DNA from: an uncultured Acidimicrobiia bacterium
GTDB lineage: Bacteria > Actinomycetota > Acidimicrobiia > Acidimicrobiales > CAZWPY01
Direction: 5' to 3'
Assembly: GCA_964635475.1 (NCBI GenBank)
Contig: CAZWPY010000003.1
Location: 6,303 to 70,302 of the forward strand
Length of the DNA stretch: 64,000 nt
This document shows, piece after piece, positions 18,762 to 27,696 of the stretch. Position numbers and translations under genes: made by a program. Under the pieces are notes generated by a model, which saw only the letters and a list, made by a program, of their open reading frames with translations, did not search any database and had not been told where the DNA came from. The first letter of the stretch is position 1; every line of letters begins with the position of its first letter.

Positions 18762-19979
18762 CTACAGCCGCACTGGCAGTTGTTTGATCCCGTTGATGAA
18801 ATTCGATCGCAGACGCCGGGGATCGCCCGCCAAAGTGAGGCCCGGCGCCCGAGTGACGAGTTCGTCAAACATGACGGCGATTTCGAGCCGCGCAAGGCTG
18901 GCGCCGAGGCAGAAGTGCGGTCCGCCGCCGCCGAAAGCCACGTGTTCGTTGGGGTCGCGGGTGATGTCGAAGGCGTGCGGGCGGTCGAAGACCCGTTCGT
19001 CACGGTTGGCCGCGAGATACCACAACGTCACCTTTTCGCCCTCGCGGATCAGTTGCCCGCCGAGCTCGGTGTCGCAGGTGGCTGTGCGGCGGAAGTACAT
19101 CACCGGCGTCGCCCAGCGGATGATCTCCTCGACGGCGCTGGGTATCAGTTCTGGCCGGTCGCGCAGGAGTTGCCACTGGTCGGGGTTACGCATAAATGCC
19201 AAGGCCCCATGCGAGATGGCATTGCGGGTTGTCTCGTTGCCCGCGACCGACAGCAGCAGGAAAAACATGTTGTATTCCATCTCCGTCAGCCGTTCGCCAT
19301 CGACCTCGCCCTCCAGCAGCGCCCCGACGATGTCGTTTGCCGGAGCGGCCCGGTGTCGTTGTGCAAGTTCGTTGGCGTAGGCCCACATCTCTGCGGCCGC
19401 TGCCAAAGAATCCTCGGGGGTGTTGTTGAACTCCGGGTCGTCGAAACCGATCAGGCGATTCGACCAGTCGAAGAGTTTGCTGCGGTCGTGACGCGGCACC
19501 CCGAGCAGTTCCGCGATCATCTGCAGCGGGAGCTCGGCAGCGAGTGACTCGACAAAGTCGATCTCGCGGCCGGCGCGTTGCTCGTCGATCGCGGTGTCGA
19601 TCAGCTCGACGGCGATCTCGCGGACCCGATGGTGCAGGCTCGCAACCATCTTGGGTGTAAATCCACGATTCACGAGCCGCCGCAGCCGAGTGTGGTGCGG
19701 CGGATCGTTGTTGAGCATGAGTAGCGAGTCGCTGTTGTCGCCCTGGGGATCGCGGTCCTCCATCATCGTGCCGCCTCGACCTGACGAGAAGGTTGCCGCG
19801 TCGCGGTTGGCGGCGACGACGTCGGCGTGGCGTGTCAACACCCAAAAGCCCGGACCACGGCGGCCGGGCGCCGATTGCCAGGTGACTCCCTGCTCGCGTA
19901 AGTCCGCAAAGTGTTCCCACGGTGGCTCGTGTTCAAACGTGGCGGGGTCGGCGAGGTCGGCGGGTGCCATCGTCGTCAC
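18762..19979 (-). CDS. Cytochrome P450, CYP125-like steroid C26 monooxygenase
   Basis: LLSVAGNETTRN I-helix, EEIIRWATPVMYFRRTAT, FGGGGPHFCLG. GTG start overlaps the fadD19 stop. Confidence 0.88.
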   Translation of the reverse strand: MTTMAPADLADPATFEHEPPWEHFADLREQGVTWQSAPGRRGPGFWVLTRHADVVAANRDAATFSSGRGGTMMEDRDPQGDNSDSLLMLNNDPPHHTRLRRLVNRGFTPKMVASLHHRVREIAVELIDTAIDEQRAGREIDFVESLAAELPLQMIAELLGVPRHDRSKLFDWSNRLIGFDDPEFNNTPEDSLAAAAEMWAYANELAQRHRAAPANDIVGALLEGEVDGERLTEMEYNMFFLLLSVAGNETTRNAISHGALAFMRNPDQWQLLRDRPELIPSAVEEIIRWATPVMYFRRTATCDTELGGQLIREGEKVTLWYLAANRDERVFDRPHAFDITRDPNEHVAFGGGGPHFCLGASLARLEIAVMFDELVTRAPGLTLAGDPRRLRSNFINGIKQLPVRL

Positions 19980-21616
19980 GCAGACGTGGTTGCGCTCGAC
20001 TCCTCGGCGATACGTTTGGCCTCGCGATAGTCGGGTTTGGCGTTGGGCAGGCGCGGCACGGTGTCGACGAGCACCAACGCGCGGGGGAGTTTGTAGCCAG
20101 CGAGCTGCGCGCGGCAGTGCGCGCTGAGGGCTTCGAGTGTCGGCTGCGCGTCGGGGCGGGCTTGCACGACGGCGGCGACACGTTGGCCGAATCGATCGTC
20201 GGGGATCCCGACAACCAAGACGTCGAAGACATCTGGGTGTTCCTTCAAGATCGCCTCGACCTCTTCGGGATACACCTTCTCTCCGCCGGTGTTGATGCAC
20301 TGCGACCCGCGCCCGAGCAAGGTGATCGTGCCGTCGGCTTCATAGATCGCGAAGTCGCCGGGGATCACGTACCGCACGCCATTGACCACGGGAAACGTCG
20401 CGGCAGTTTTGTCGGGGTCCTTGTAGTACCCGAGCGGGACGTGGCCGCTGCGTGCGATGCGGCCCGTTTGGCCGGTCCCGGGGGGCAGCGGGTTCATGTC
20501 GTCATCGACCACGATCGTCTCGGCGCCGGGAACCACGGTCGGCCCGGCCTTCATGTCGGTGTCCTTGGTGACCTGCGCGAGGCCGGAGAAGCCCGTCTCG
20601 GTCGAGCCAATCGAATCGGTCAGCACGATGTTGGGCATGAGTTCGAAAAACTGGTTCTTCACTGCGCGGCTGAAGATCGCCGCCGTCGAGCCGAACGCGA
20701 GCAACGACGAGGTGTCGAACCGAGTCGGGTCGGCGGCGAGGGTTTCGACCAGCGGTCGAGCCATCGCGTCGCCGGTCGCGATGATCACGTTGACTCGGGC
20801 GTCGGCGACGGTTTGCCACGCGGCCTCGGGGTCGAAACTCGCCGCGGGAGACAACACGATCGTGTGTCCCTCGAACAGCGATCGCAGTGATCCCCACTGA
20901 CCCGCGCCGTGCATCAGCGGCGGGAGCACGAAGTACGTGAGGTTGAAACCCTCGGCGGCACGTTCGGCCAACGTCAGCGGCGACGCCACGGCGTTGCCGT
21001 CGATATCGAATCCTCCGCCGAGCGTGAAAAACACGTCCTCGTGGCGCCACATGACACCCTTTGGCATCCCGGTCGTGCCGCCCGTGTAGAGGATGTAGAG
21101 GTCATCGGGCGAGCGACCCTCGGTCGGACGCTCGGTCGGCGCCGCCGCGAGTTCGGTTTCGTAGTCGCGCGGTTCGGGCACCGAGTCGGGCCGCTCGCCC
21201 TGTGCGTGGGTCGCGTCGGTCTCGATTCGTAACGCGAGTCGCAGACCCGGCGCCGCGTGTCCGGCATCAAAAACAAGTTGCTCGTAACGGTCTTGGTAGA
21301 TCAGCCCGACGAGGTCGGCGTTGTCGAATAAGTATCGGCACTCGTCGGCTGTGTAGCGGTAGTTGACGTTGATCGGAACGACCCCGGCCTTAAACGCACC
21401 GAGCAAACACTCGACCCATTCGTGGCCGTTCATCGCGATGATCCCGATGTGGTCGCCACGGCGGATCCCTGACGCGAGCAATACGTTGGCGAGGCGGGTG
21501 GCTCGTTCATCCAGCTCGGCGAAGGTGAACGATCGGTCGCCGCTGATTAGGGCCGTCCGCGGCCCAACCCGGTCGGCAGCGGCTTCAAAAAGGTCGGCGA
21601 GCTGGAACTGTGTCAC
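19976..21616 (-). CDS. fadD19: Steroid side-chain acyl-CoA synthetase (FadD19-like)
   Basis: YILYTGGTTGMPKGVMW AMP-binding motif, VPINVNYRY, GRGSQCINTGGEKVYPEEVE, KPDY. Divergent from echA19, as in mycobacteria. Confidence 0.85.
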   Translation of the reverse strand: MTQFQLADLFEAAADRVGPRTALISGDRSFTFAELDERATRLANVLLASGIRRGDHIGIIAMNGHEWVECLLGAFKAGVVPINVNYRYTADECRYLFDNADLVGLIYQDRYEQLVFDAGHAAPGLRLALRIETDATHAQGERPDSVPEPRDYETELAAAPTERPTEGRSPDDLYILYTGGTTGMPKGVMWRHEDVFFTLGGGFDIDGNAVASPLTLAERAAEGFNLTYFVLPPLMHGAGQWGSLRSLFEGHTIVLSPAASFDPEAAWQTVADARVNVIIATGDAMARPLVETLAADPTRFDTSSLLAFGSTAAIFSRAVKNQFFELMPNIVLTDSIGSTETGFSGLAQVTKDTDMKAGPTVVPGAETIVVDDDMNPLPPGTGQTGRIARSGHVPLGYYKDPDKTAATFPVVNGVRYVIPGDFAIYEADGTITLLGRGSQCINTGGEKVYPEEVEAILKEHPDVFDVLVVGIPDDRFGQRVAAVVQARPDAQPTLEALSAHCRAQLAGYKLPRALVLVDTVPRLPNAKPDYREAKRIAEESSATTSA

Positions 21617-21649
21617 CCTGCCATGTCAACACGATCCGCGCCGACGAGC

Positions 21650-21663
21650 AAGAACGTGTTCTC
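21650..21663. promoter_or_regulatory. KstR-type operator AAGAACGTGTTCTC
   Basis: Core AACnnGTT intact, both terminal bases deviate; lies in the fadD19/echA19 divergent gap. Confidence 0.72.
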
Positions 21664-21753
21664 ATTTGTACGCTGACCTGCGCCTACGATGATCACGACG
21701 AGACTGGCGCGGTCGCGAAGCGTGCCGTTGTGCCCAAGGAGAAGGCAACGAAC

Positions 21754-22560
21754 ATGGTGGAGCTGGGAAACGATCACTGCTCGGTTGTGCACGACGGCCA
21801 CATTGTGACGATCACGATGAACCGACCCGAACGAAAAAACGCGTTGTCGGCTCGGATGCTCGTCGCAATGTACGACGCGTGGCACTACATCGATGCAACG
21901 CCCGAGGTGCGGGTCGCGGTGTTGACGGGTGCGGGCGGCGATTTCTGCTCGGGTGCCGACCTCAAGGCGATGGCCTCAGATGACCAAGCGGATCAAGCCG
22001 TGATGCACCGTTGGGGCGACGACCCAGATCTGCACTGGAAGGCCCTGCTTCGCCATCACCGGGTCTCCAAGCCACTGATCGCTGCGGTGGAGGGGATTGC
22101 TGTCGCCGGCGGGACCGAGATCCTGCAAGCCACCGATATCCGTGTGGCGGCCCAGGGCGCGACGTTTGGCGTCAGCGAGGTCCGCCGCGGCTTGTTCCCT
22201 CTCGGCGGGTCGACGGTGCGACTGCGCCGGCAGATCCCGCACACGGTTGCGATGGACCTGTTGCTGACCGGCCGCTTCATCACAGCGACCGAGGCGAAGG
22301 AGATTGGTTTGGTCGGCCGTGTTGTGCCCGATGGCGCCGCGCTCGACACTGCGTTGGAAATTGCCGAGCAGATTGCTGCCAACGGTCCGCTTGCCGTGCA
22401 AGCCGTAAAACGCTCGGTGGTCGAAGGCGCCGACATGTCCGAGGTCGACGCGTTGGCCCATGAGCTGGAGATCGGGCAACCGATCTTTGCCACCAAGGAC
22501 GCGAAAGAGGGTCCGCGGGCGTTTGCCGAAAAGCGCGCTGCGGTGTTTACCGGTGAGTGA
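21754..22560 (+). CDS. echA19: Enoyl-CoA hydratase (EchA19-like)
   Basis: TMNRPERKNAL, FCSGADLK, AVAGGTEILQATDIRVA, GSTVRLRRQIP, DAKEGPRAFAEKR. AAGGAG RBS upstream of ATG 21754. Confidence 0.85.
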   Translation: MVELGNDHCSVVHDGHIVTITMNRPERKNALSARMLVAMYDAWHYIDATPEVRVAVLTGAGGDFCSGADLKAMASDDQADQAVMHRWGDDPDLHWKALLRHHRVSKPLIAAVEGIAVAGGTEILQATDIRVAAQGATFGVSEVRRGLFPLGGSTVRLRRQIPHTVAMDLLLTGRFITATEAKEIGLVGRVVPDGAALDTALEIAEQIAANGPLAVQAVKRSVVEGADMSEVDALAHELEIGQPIFATKDAKEGPRAFAEKRAAVFTGE

Positions 22561-23140
22561 CGCGCCAGACGCGACCGTCACTGTGCTTCGCGGCTCCGCC
22601 GCGCGGCGGCAACGGGTGATTGCGGCGGCGATGGAACTCGCGGCCTCGGGTGGTTACGACGCGGTGCAGTTGCGTGAAGTTTCGGCCCGGGCCAATGTGG
22701 CGCTCGGCACGATCTACCGGTATTTCACGTCGAAAGACGCGTTGTTGTCGGCTGTGTCGATCGAGTGGACCAACGAACTGCAACGACGGGTCCAGCGCCG
22801 ACCACTTCAAGCAACCTCGGCGACCGAACGAGTGGTGGAGCTGTTGCGGCGGGCGACCAACGGCATGGAACGCCAGCCGCGTTTGTCGGCGGCGCTCGTG
22901 CGTGCGATGTCGTCGGTCGACTCGACGTCGTCGGGTGTACAGGTCGAAGCCGCGAGCGTGATCCAAGTGTTGGTCGAACAAGCGGTCGCGGACACGGGCG
23001 TGGAGCTGCGGCCCGGCGTTGCGCGCACGATTGGGTTCGTCTGGTTTGCCGCGCTCGTGGGTTGGGTGGCCGAATGGCCGACGGTGCCCTCGCCCGGCGA
23101 TGAAGTCGAAGCAGCAGTACGGCTACTGATTCCTGAGTAA
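22553..23140 (+). CDS. kstR: TetR-family regulator, KstR-like
   Basis: HTH GYDAVQLREVSARANVALGTIYRYFTSKDALL closely resembles mycobacterial KstR; translationally coupled to echA19. Confidence 0.78.
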   Translation: MSDAPDATVTVLRGSAARRQRVIAAAMELAASGGYDAVQLREVSARANVALGTIYRYFTSKDALLSAVSIEWTNELQRRVQRRPLQATSATERVVELLRRATNGMERQPRLSAALVRAMSSVDSTSSGVQVEAASVIQVLVEQAVADTGVELRPGVARTIGFVWFAALVGWVAEWPTVPSPGDEVEAAVRLLIPE

Positions 23141-23208
23141 TTCCGGCTTCCTGAGTAGTGCCGGCGAGTCCCGCGTGGGCGCTGGCTCGCGGCCGCCAAT
23201 CGCGTTGG

Positions 23209-23952
23209 CTACTGCCGCGGCAAACGCAACGAGTACCCGACACCACGAGCGGTGTGAATGAGCGGTGGCTCAAATGCGTCGATTTTCTGCCGCAGATAGG
23301 AGATGTAGGTCTCAAGCACCGATGCGTTTGTGGTGAAGGAGTACTCCCAGACGTGATCGAGGATCTGTTCGCGGGTCAACACGCGGCGGGCGTTCACGAG
23401 TAGGTACTTGAGCAGCTTGTATTCGGTCGGCGTGAGTTCGATCAGTTGTCCGGCGCGGTACACCTCGCGGGTGTCCTCGTCGAGGGTCAAGTCGGCGAAT
23501 TCCAAACGGGTCGATTCGCCCGCTGACCCCCGCGATCGGCGCAAGACCGCCTCAACGCGCAACGCGAGCTCCTCGACGGAAAACGGTTTGGTCAGGTAGT
23601 CGTCGGCGCCGAGGCGGAGGCCGCCGAGCCGGTCGTCGAGGGTGTCGCGTGCGGTGAGGAAGATGATCGGTACTCGGGTGGATGCGCCCTCTGACTGGCG
23701 CAGCCGGCGAGCAACTTCGAAACCATCGAGTTCGGGCATGTTGACGTCGAGGATGATCATGTCGGGGCGTTGTGTTTCAACGGCCGCGAGCGCCGATCGA
23801 CCGTCGTGGGCGACCCGCACGTTCATGCCCCGCATGCCCAGCGCCATCGAAATGAGTTCGGTGATGTGGATCTCGTTGTCGACGGCCAATATGGTCGGGC
23901 CCGCGGCCGAGTGTGCGGCCTCGGGGGTCGACGAGGCAGATGCGGCGCTCAT
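23209..23952 (-). CDS. OmpR-family response regulator
   Basis: Receiver domain (LAVDNE, ILDVNMP, DDYLTKPF) and winged helix (LTPTEYKLL, YISYLRQKI, HTARGVGY). Confidence 0.93.
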   Translation of the reverse strand: MSAASASSTPEAAHSAAGPTILAVDNEIHITELISMALGMRGMNVRVAHDGRSALAAVETQRPDMIILDVNMPELDGFEVARRLRQSEGASTRVPIIFLTARDTLDDRLGGLRLGADDYLTKPFSVEELALRVEAVLRRSRGSAGESTRLEFADLTLDEDTREVYRAGQLIELTPTEYKLLKYLLVNARRVLTREQILDHVWEYSFTTNASVLETYISYLRQKIDAFEPPLIHTARGVGYSLRLPRQ

Positions 23953-23990
23953 TGCACGATCCTGTCACTCTCGCGGTGGCGCGGCCGTGT

Positions 23991-24106
23991 TGGCCGGAGT
24001 GTGAACGGGTTCTGAGGGGCCGGCCGGAGTGTGAACGGGTTCTGAGCGGCCGGCCCGAGTGCGACCGGGTTCTGGGCCGCCGGTCGTGGTGCGACCGGGT
24101 TCTGAG
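23991..24106. repeat. 30-bp tandem repeat x4 in the divergent promoter region
   Basis: Units start at 23991, 24021, 24051 and 24081; consensus about cGGcCggaGT-G(t/c)GA(a/c)CGGGT-TCTGAG. Confidence 0.9.
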
Positions 24107-24128
24107 CAAAGTCTGAGGAACGTTTGAG
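24101..24128 (+). promoter_or_regulatory. Putative OmpR-type tandem box TCTGAG-N5-TCTGAG-N5-TTTGAG
   Basis: Hexamers at 24101, 24112 and 24123 (11-bp period), upstream of the GT2 gene. Confidence 0.55.
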
Positions 24129-24161
24129 TCGCCGCGGATGTTGCGGGCGCAGAGTCCGAGC

Positions 24162-25370
24162 ATGGCAACGACACTCACCATCAGCGAACCCGAGCGGGCG
24201 ACCTTCACTCGTACCGTCGACGTGGAGATCGTGATCCCCGTCTACAACGAAGCGCACGGCCTCGAAGCGTCGGTGCGGGCGTTGCACAGCTACCTGCGCG
24301 GATCCTTTCCGTTCTCGTGGCTGATCACGATTGCCGACAACGCGAGCAGCGATGCGACGCTCGGCGTCGCGCTGGATCTCGCGCAAAGCCTCGAGGGTGT
24401 CCGAGTGGCGCATCTCGACCAGAAGGGTCGTGGGCGAGCGTTGCGAGCCACGTGGCTCGCGTCTGAGGCAGCCGTTGTTGCCTACATGGATGTCGACCTC
24501 TCGACCTCGCTTTCATGTTTGTTGCCCCTTGTTGCGCCCTTGGTCAGTGGTCACTCCGATGTGGCGATCGGCACACGGCTGGCCAAAGGCGCGCAAGTGG
24601 TTCGGGGCCCGAAACGTGAGCTGATCTCTCGTTGTTACAACCTGATCCTGCGCTCGACGATGGGAGCCAGTTTCACCGACGCGCAGTGTGGATTTAAGGC
24701 CGTTCGCAGCGACGTGGCCCGATCGTTGTTGCCTCTGGTCGAGGACAACGCCTGGTTTTTCGACACGGAGCTGCTCGTGGTCGCCGAATACAACGGGCTG
24801 CGGATCCACGAGGTCCCCGTCGACTGGGTCGACGATCCCGACTCGCGTGTCGATATCGTGTCGACGGCGACCGACGACCTCAAGGGGATTGGGCGCATGC
24901 TCGGCCGTTTGGCCCATGGGCAAATCGAGCTCGACGCTCCGCAGCGTTCGGCCGAGCCGGTTCGCGGCGTGGCCGATCAGATGGTGCGTTTCGCAAGCAT
25001 CGGCATCATGTCGACGGTTGTCGCGTCTGTGTTGTTCGTCTTGTTGCGACCCGCGCTCGGACTGCTGGGCGGTTACCTCGTGTCGTACCTGGCGTGCGCG
25101 GCCTGGAACGTTGCGGCGCAACGGCGTTACACGTTTGCGATCCGCGGCCGAGCCGGCCGGCGACAACATTGGCTAGTCGCGTCGTTGCTCGGGGCCGGCT
25201 GTCTTGTGGCCTCGGCGGGTGCACTGCTCGTCGCGTCGTCGTTTGCTCCGCTCGACACCGCCCATGCGTTGGCCGTCGTTACCGCGGCCAACGCGGTCAT
25301 GACGGTGGTGCGTTTTGCCGCACTGCGGCGGCTGTTTGTGCCCGCCCGCGACGAGCGGCGAGGTGCGTGA
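24162..25370 (+). CDS. GT2 polyprenol-phosphate glycosyltransferase fused to a GtrA flippase domain
   Basis: IVIPVYNE, IADNASSD, KGRG, YMDVDLS (DxD), DAQCGFKA, WFFDTELL; C-terminal transmembrane GtrA-like domain. Confidence 0.9.
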   Translation: MATTLTISEPERATFTRTVDVEIVIPVYNEAHGLEASVRALHSYLRGSFPFSWLITIADNASSDATLGVALDLAQSLEGVRVAHLDQKGRGRALRATWLASEAAVVAYMDVDLSTSLSCLLPLVAPLVSGHSDVAIGTRLAKGAQVVRGPKRELISRCYNLILRSTMGASFTDAQCGFKAVRSDVARSLLPLVEDNAWFFDTELLVVAEYNGLRIHEVPVDWVDDPDSRVDIVSTATDDLKGIGRMLGRLAHGQIELDAPQRSAEPVRGVADQMVRFASIGIMSTVVASVLFVLLRPALGLLGGYLVSYLACAAWNVAAQRRYTFAIRGRAGRRQHWLVASLLGAGCLVASAGALLVASSFAPLDTAHALAVVTAANAVMTVVRFAALRRLFVPARDERRGA

Positions 25371-26044
25371 TGGCTGTCGTGGAGCGCTGCGCGGGAGTGC
25401 CGAGAAGGCGGCCCGTGGTCGAGATGTTCGTGGCGCTGTGGGGCCGTCGACAACTGCTGGCGCGGTACTGCTCAGTGTCGGTCATTGCCACGGCGACGAG
25501 CCAGACCGTCTTGTTCGTCTTGTTGGCGTCGTCGTGGACTTCGGCGGGCCGGGCCAACGTTGTTGCGACCGCGGTGGGCACTGTCCCTTCCTTCGTTCTC
25601 AATCGTCGGTGGGTGTGGGGCCGCAAAGATCGGACACACTCGCGTGAGGTCGTCGCCTTCGTGGCGCTGTCGGCTGCGGGCCTGGTGTTGTCGACCTTGG
25701 CTGTGTCGGCGGTCGCGGCGCAGGCCGACACGTTTGCCGTTTCTGCCGGAGTGCGTCTCGTGTTGTGCCAAATGGCCAACCTGGCTGCGTTTGGCTCGCT
25801 GTGGGTCCTGCAGTTTCTCGTGCTCGATCGAGTGTTGTTTGGACGACGGGCGTCGGACGACTCCGTTGTCCCTCGGTCGCAGCCATCGACCACGTCCGCA
25901 GTGGAGGTGAGGTTTGTCGTGCTGGGACAGTCGCTGCGGGCGAGCGGCGCCGGTCGCGTCGGTCCCGACTTCTCTTCGGCCGCCCCTCTGTTCGCAGCGG
26001 ATCGCACGATGGTGGGTGCTGGCGCGGCAAACATGTCGGCGTGA
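25367..26044 (+). CDS. GtrA family flippase-like protein
   Basis: RYCSVSVIATATSQ, ANVVATAVGTVPSFVLNRRWVWG, QFLVLDRVLF. GTGA-coupled to the upstream gene. Confidence 0.8.
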   Translation: MMAVVERCAGVPRRRPVVEMFVALWGRRQLLARYCSVSVIATATSQTVLFVLLASSWTSAGRANVVATAVGTVPSFVLNRRWVWGRKDRTHSREVVAFVALSAAGLVLSTLAVSAVAAQADTFAVSAGVRLVLCQMANLAAFGSLWVLQFLVLDRVLFGRRASDDSVVPRSQPSTTSAVEVRFVVLGQSLRASGAGRVGPDFSSAAPLFAADRTMVGAGAANMSA

Positions 26045-27696
26045 CACTTCGTTCGCGTTTGGTTGCTGGTTTGGTCGCCTTGTCGGCGGTCGCGCTCGTG
26101 GCCTTTGCCTTTGTCACGACGCAGGCCTACGACCGCTCGCAGCGGCAGGACTTTGATCGCCAGCTCGACGCGGCCGTGCCGCACGTCGCGCGGGAGCTCT
26201 TTGAGGCCGCAGGACTGAGCGACACCCGACCGCGACCGCCGCAAGACGAGGCCGAGGGGCCGCTGCAAATTCCAGCTGGTTACGCCGCGCGGCTCTACTC
26301 CACCGAGGGCGAGGTACTCGGTGAAGTCACCACCACGGCCGACGCGAGCCCGGATTTTGACGATGTCGAGGAGGAGTTTCTTGTCGCTACCGACACGCCC
26401 GACACGCCCGACACGCCCGACACGCCCGTCGCGCCGCAGCGGGGTTCAAAGTTTGTCACCGTTGGTTCCGAGTCGGGCGGTGCGTCGTGGCGCGTCGTGG
26501 TGCCGGCTGCGTTCGGGCCAACGCAACTCGTGTTGGCCGCGCCCCTGTCCGACGTCGAGAGCGGCACACGCCGGTTGGTAGTCATCGAGGGCATTGGCGT
26601 CGCATTGATGTTGCTGGCGTTGGGCGCAGGTTCGTGGCTGATCGTCCGCCGCGGTTTACGACCCTTGGAGTCGATGGCGAATCAGGCGCGTACGTTGCAC
26701 GCCGGAGAACTCGACCGGCGGGTGCAACCCGCGGACGCACGCAGCGAGGTCGGCGAGTTGGGGCTGGCGATCAACTCGATGCTCGACCGAATCCAGACGG
26801 CCTTCGACGAACGGGCGGCTACCGAAGCAAAGTTGCGGCAATTCCTTGCCGACGCCTCACACGAACTGCGCACACCACTCACGTCGATCCGCGGGTTTGC
26901 CGAGGTTGCCGGCCACACACAAGCCGAACCGGCCCACGTGCAACACGCTCTCAAGCGGATCGAGGACGAGTCGGCTCGGATGGGACGTTTGATCGAGGAG
27001 CTACTTCTGCTGGCTCGGCTCGACCAACGCCGGCCGCTCGAGTCGAGCGCGCTCGACCTGGTGGTGCTGGCCGACGAGGTGTGTACCAACGCTGCGGCCG
27101 CTCATCCCGGTCGATCGATCACGCTCGACGCGGCGGGCCCGACGCGAGTGATGGGTGATGCCGACCTGTTGCGGCAAGCGCTGAGCAATCTCGTCTCGAA
27201 CGCGTTGCGCCACACGCCAGCATCGGCATCGGTCACCGTCGAGGTCCGCGCGATTGGTCATCTGGTCGAAGTGGTCGTTTCCGACACGGGACCAGGACTA
27301 GCGCCCGAGTCGCTCGCAAGAGTGTTTGACCGCTTCTGGCAGGCCGACCCGTCGCGCGCGGCCGGGGGATCGGGGCTTGGGCTGGCGATCGTGGCGGCGA
27401 TCGTGGCCGAACACGGCGGGACGGTGCTGGCCGCCAATCGGCCAGCTGACGTCGGTGGCGGTGCGCGATTTACGTTGCGGATCCCGGTCGATGCCCGCGG
27501 TTCGGCCAGTTCGGCCAGTCCGGCCAGTCCCAGTAGTTCGGGCGGTCCGGCCAGTCCCGGCAGTTCGGGCGGTTCTGGCGGTTCGGGCGTTGCGAGCGAC
27601 TCAGATCTCGGAGCATTCAGTGCCGGTTCTGAGGTTTCTCTGAGTCGGCGCCGTGATGCTGGCTCGTATGACGACCCTTCTAGATCCTTCGACTGA
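26041..27696 (+). CDS. HAMP-domain sensor histidine kinase
   Basis: H-box FLADASHELRTPLT, N-box LSNLVSNALRH, DTGPG, GGSGLGLAIV; two transmembrane helices; low-complexity C-terminal tail. Confidence 0.92.
   Translation: MTLRSRLVAGLVALSAVALVAFAFVTTQAYDRSQRQDFDRQLDAAVPHVARELFEAAGLSDTRPRPPQDEAEGPLQIPAGYAARLYSTEGEVLGEVTTTADASPDFDDVEEEFLVATDTPDTPDTPDTPVAPQRGSKFVTVGSESGGASWRVVVPAAFGPTQLVLAAPLSDVESGTRRLVVIEGIGVALMLLALGAGSWLIVRRGLRPLESMANQARTLHAGELDRRVQPADARSEVGELGLAINSMLDRIQTAFDERAATEAKLRQFLADASHELRTPLTSIRGFAEVAGHTQAEPAHVQHALKRIEDESARMGRLIEELLLLARLDQRRPLESSALDLVVLADEVCTNAAAAHPGRSITLDAAGPTRVMGDADLLRQALSNLVSNALRHTPASASVTVEVRAIGHLVEVVVSDTGPGLAPESLARVFDRFWQADPSRAAGGSGLGLAIVAAIVAEHGGTVLAANRPADVGGGARFTLRIPVDARGSASSASPASPSSSGGPASPGSSGGSGGSGVASDSDLGAFSAGSEVSLSRRRDAGSYDDPSRSFD
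26392..26427 (+). repeat. 9-bp in-frame tandem repeat GACACGCCC x4 (Asp-Thr-Pro)
   Basis: Perfect units at 26392, 26401, 26410 and 26419 in the kinase sensor region. Confidence 0.9.
27628..27644 (+). promoter_or_regulatory. Second TCTGAG-N5-TCTGAG box
   Basis: Hexamers at 27628 and 27639, just upstream of the GT39-like gene start. Confidence 0.5.

Noticed and set aside
19922-20890. Long antisense ORFs (also 7916-8923, 14863-16719, 28849-29661, 56840-58192)
   Set aside because: Shadow ORFs opposite well-supported genes, expected in high-GC DNA; no motifs.
23991-24106. Possible mini-CRISPR array
   Set aside because: Contiguous 30-bp units with no unique spacers and no cas genes; it is a tandem repeat.
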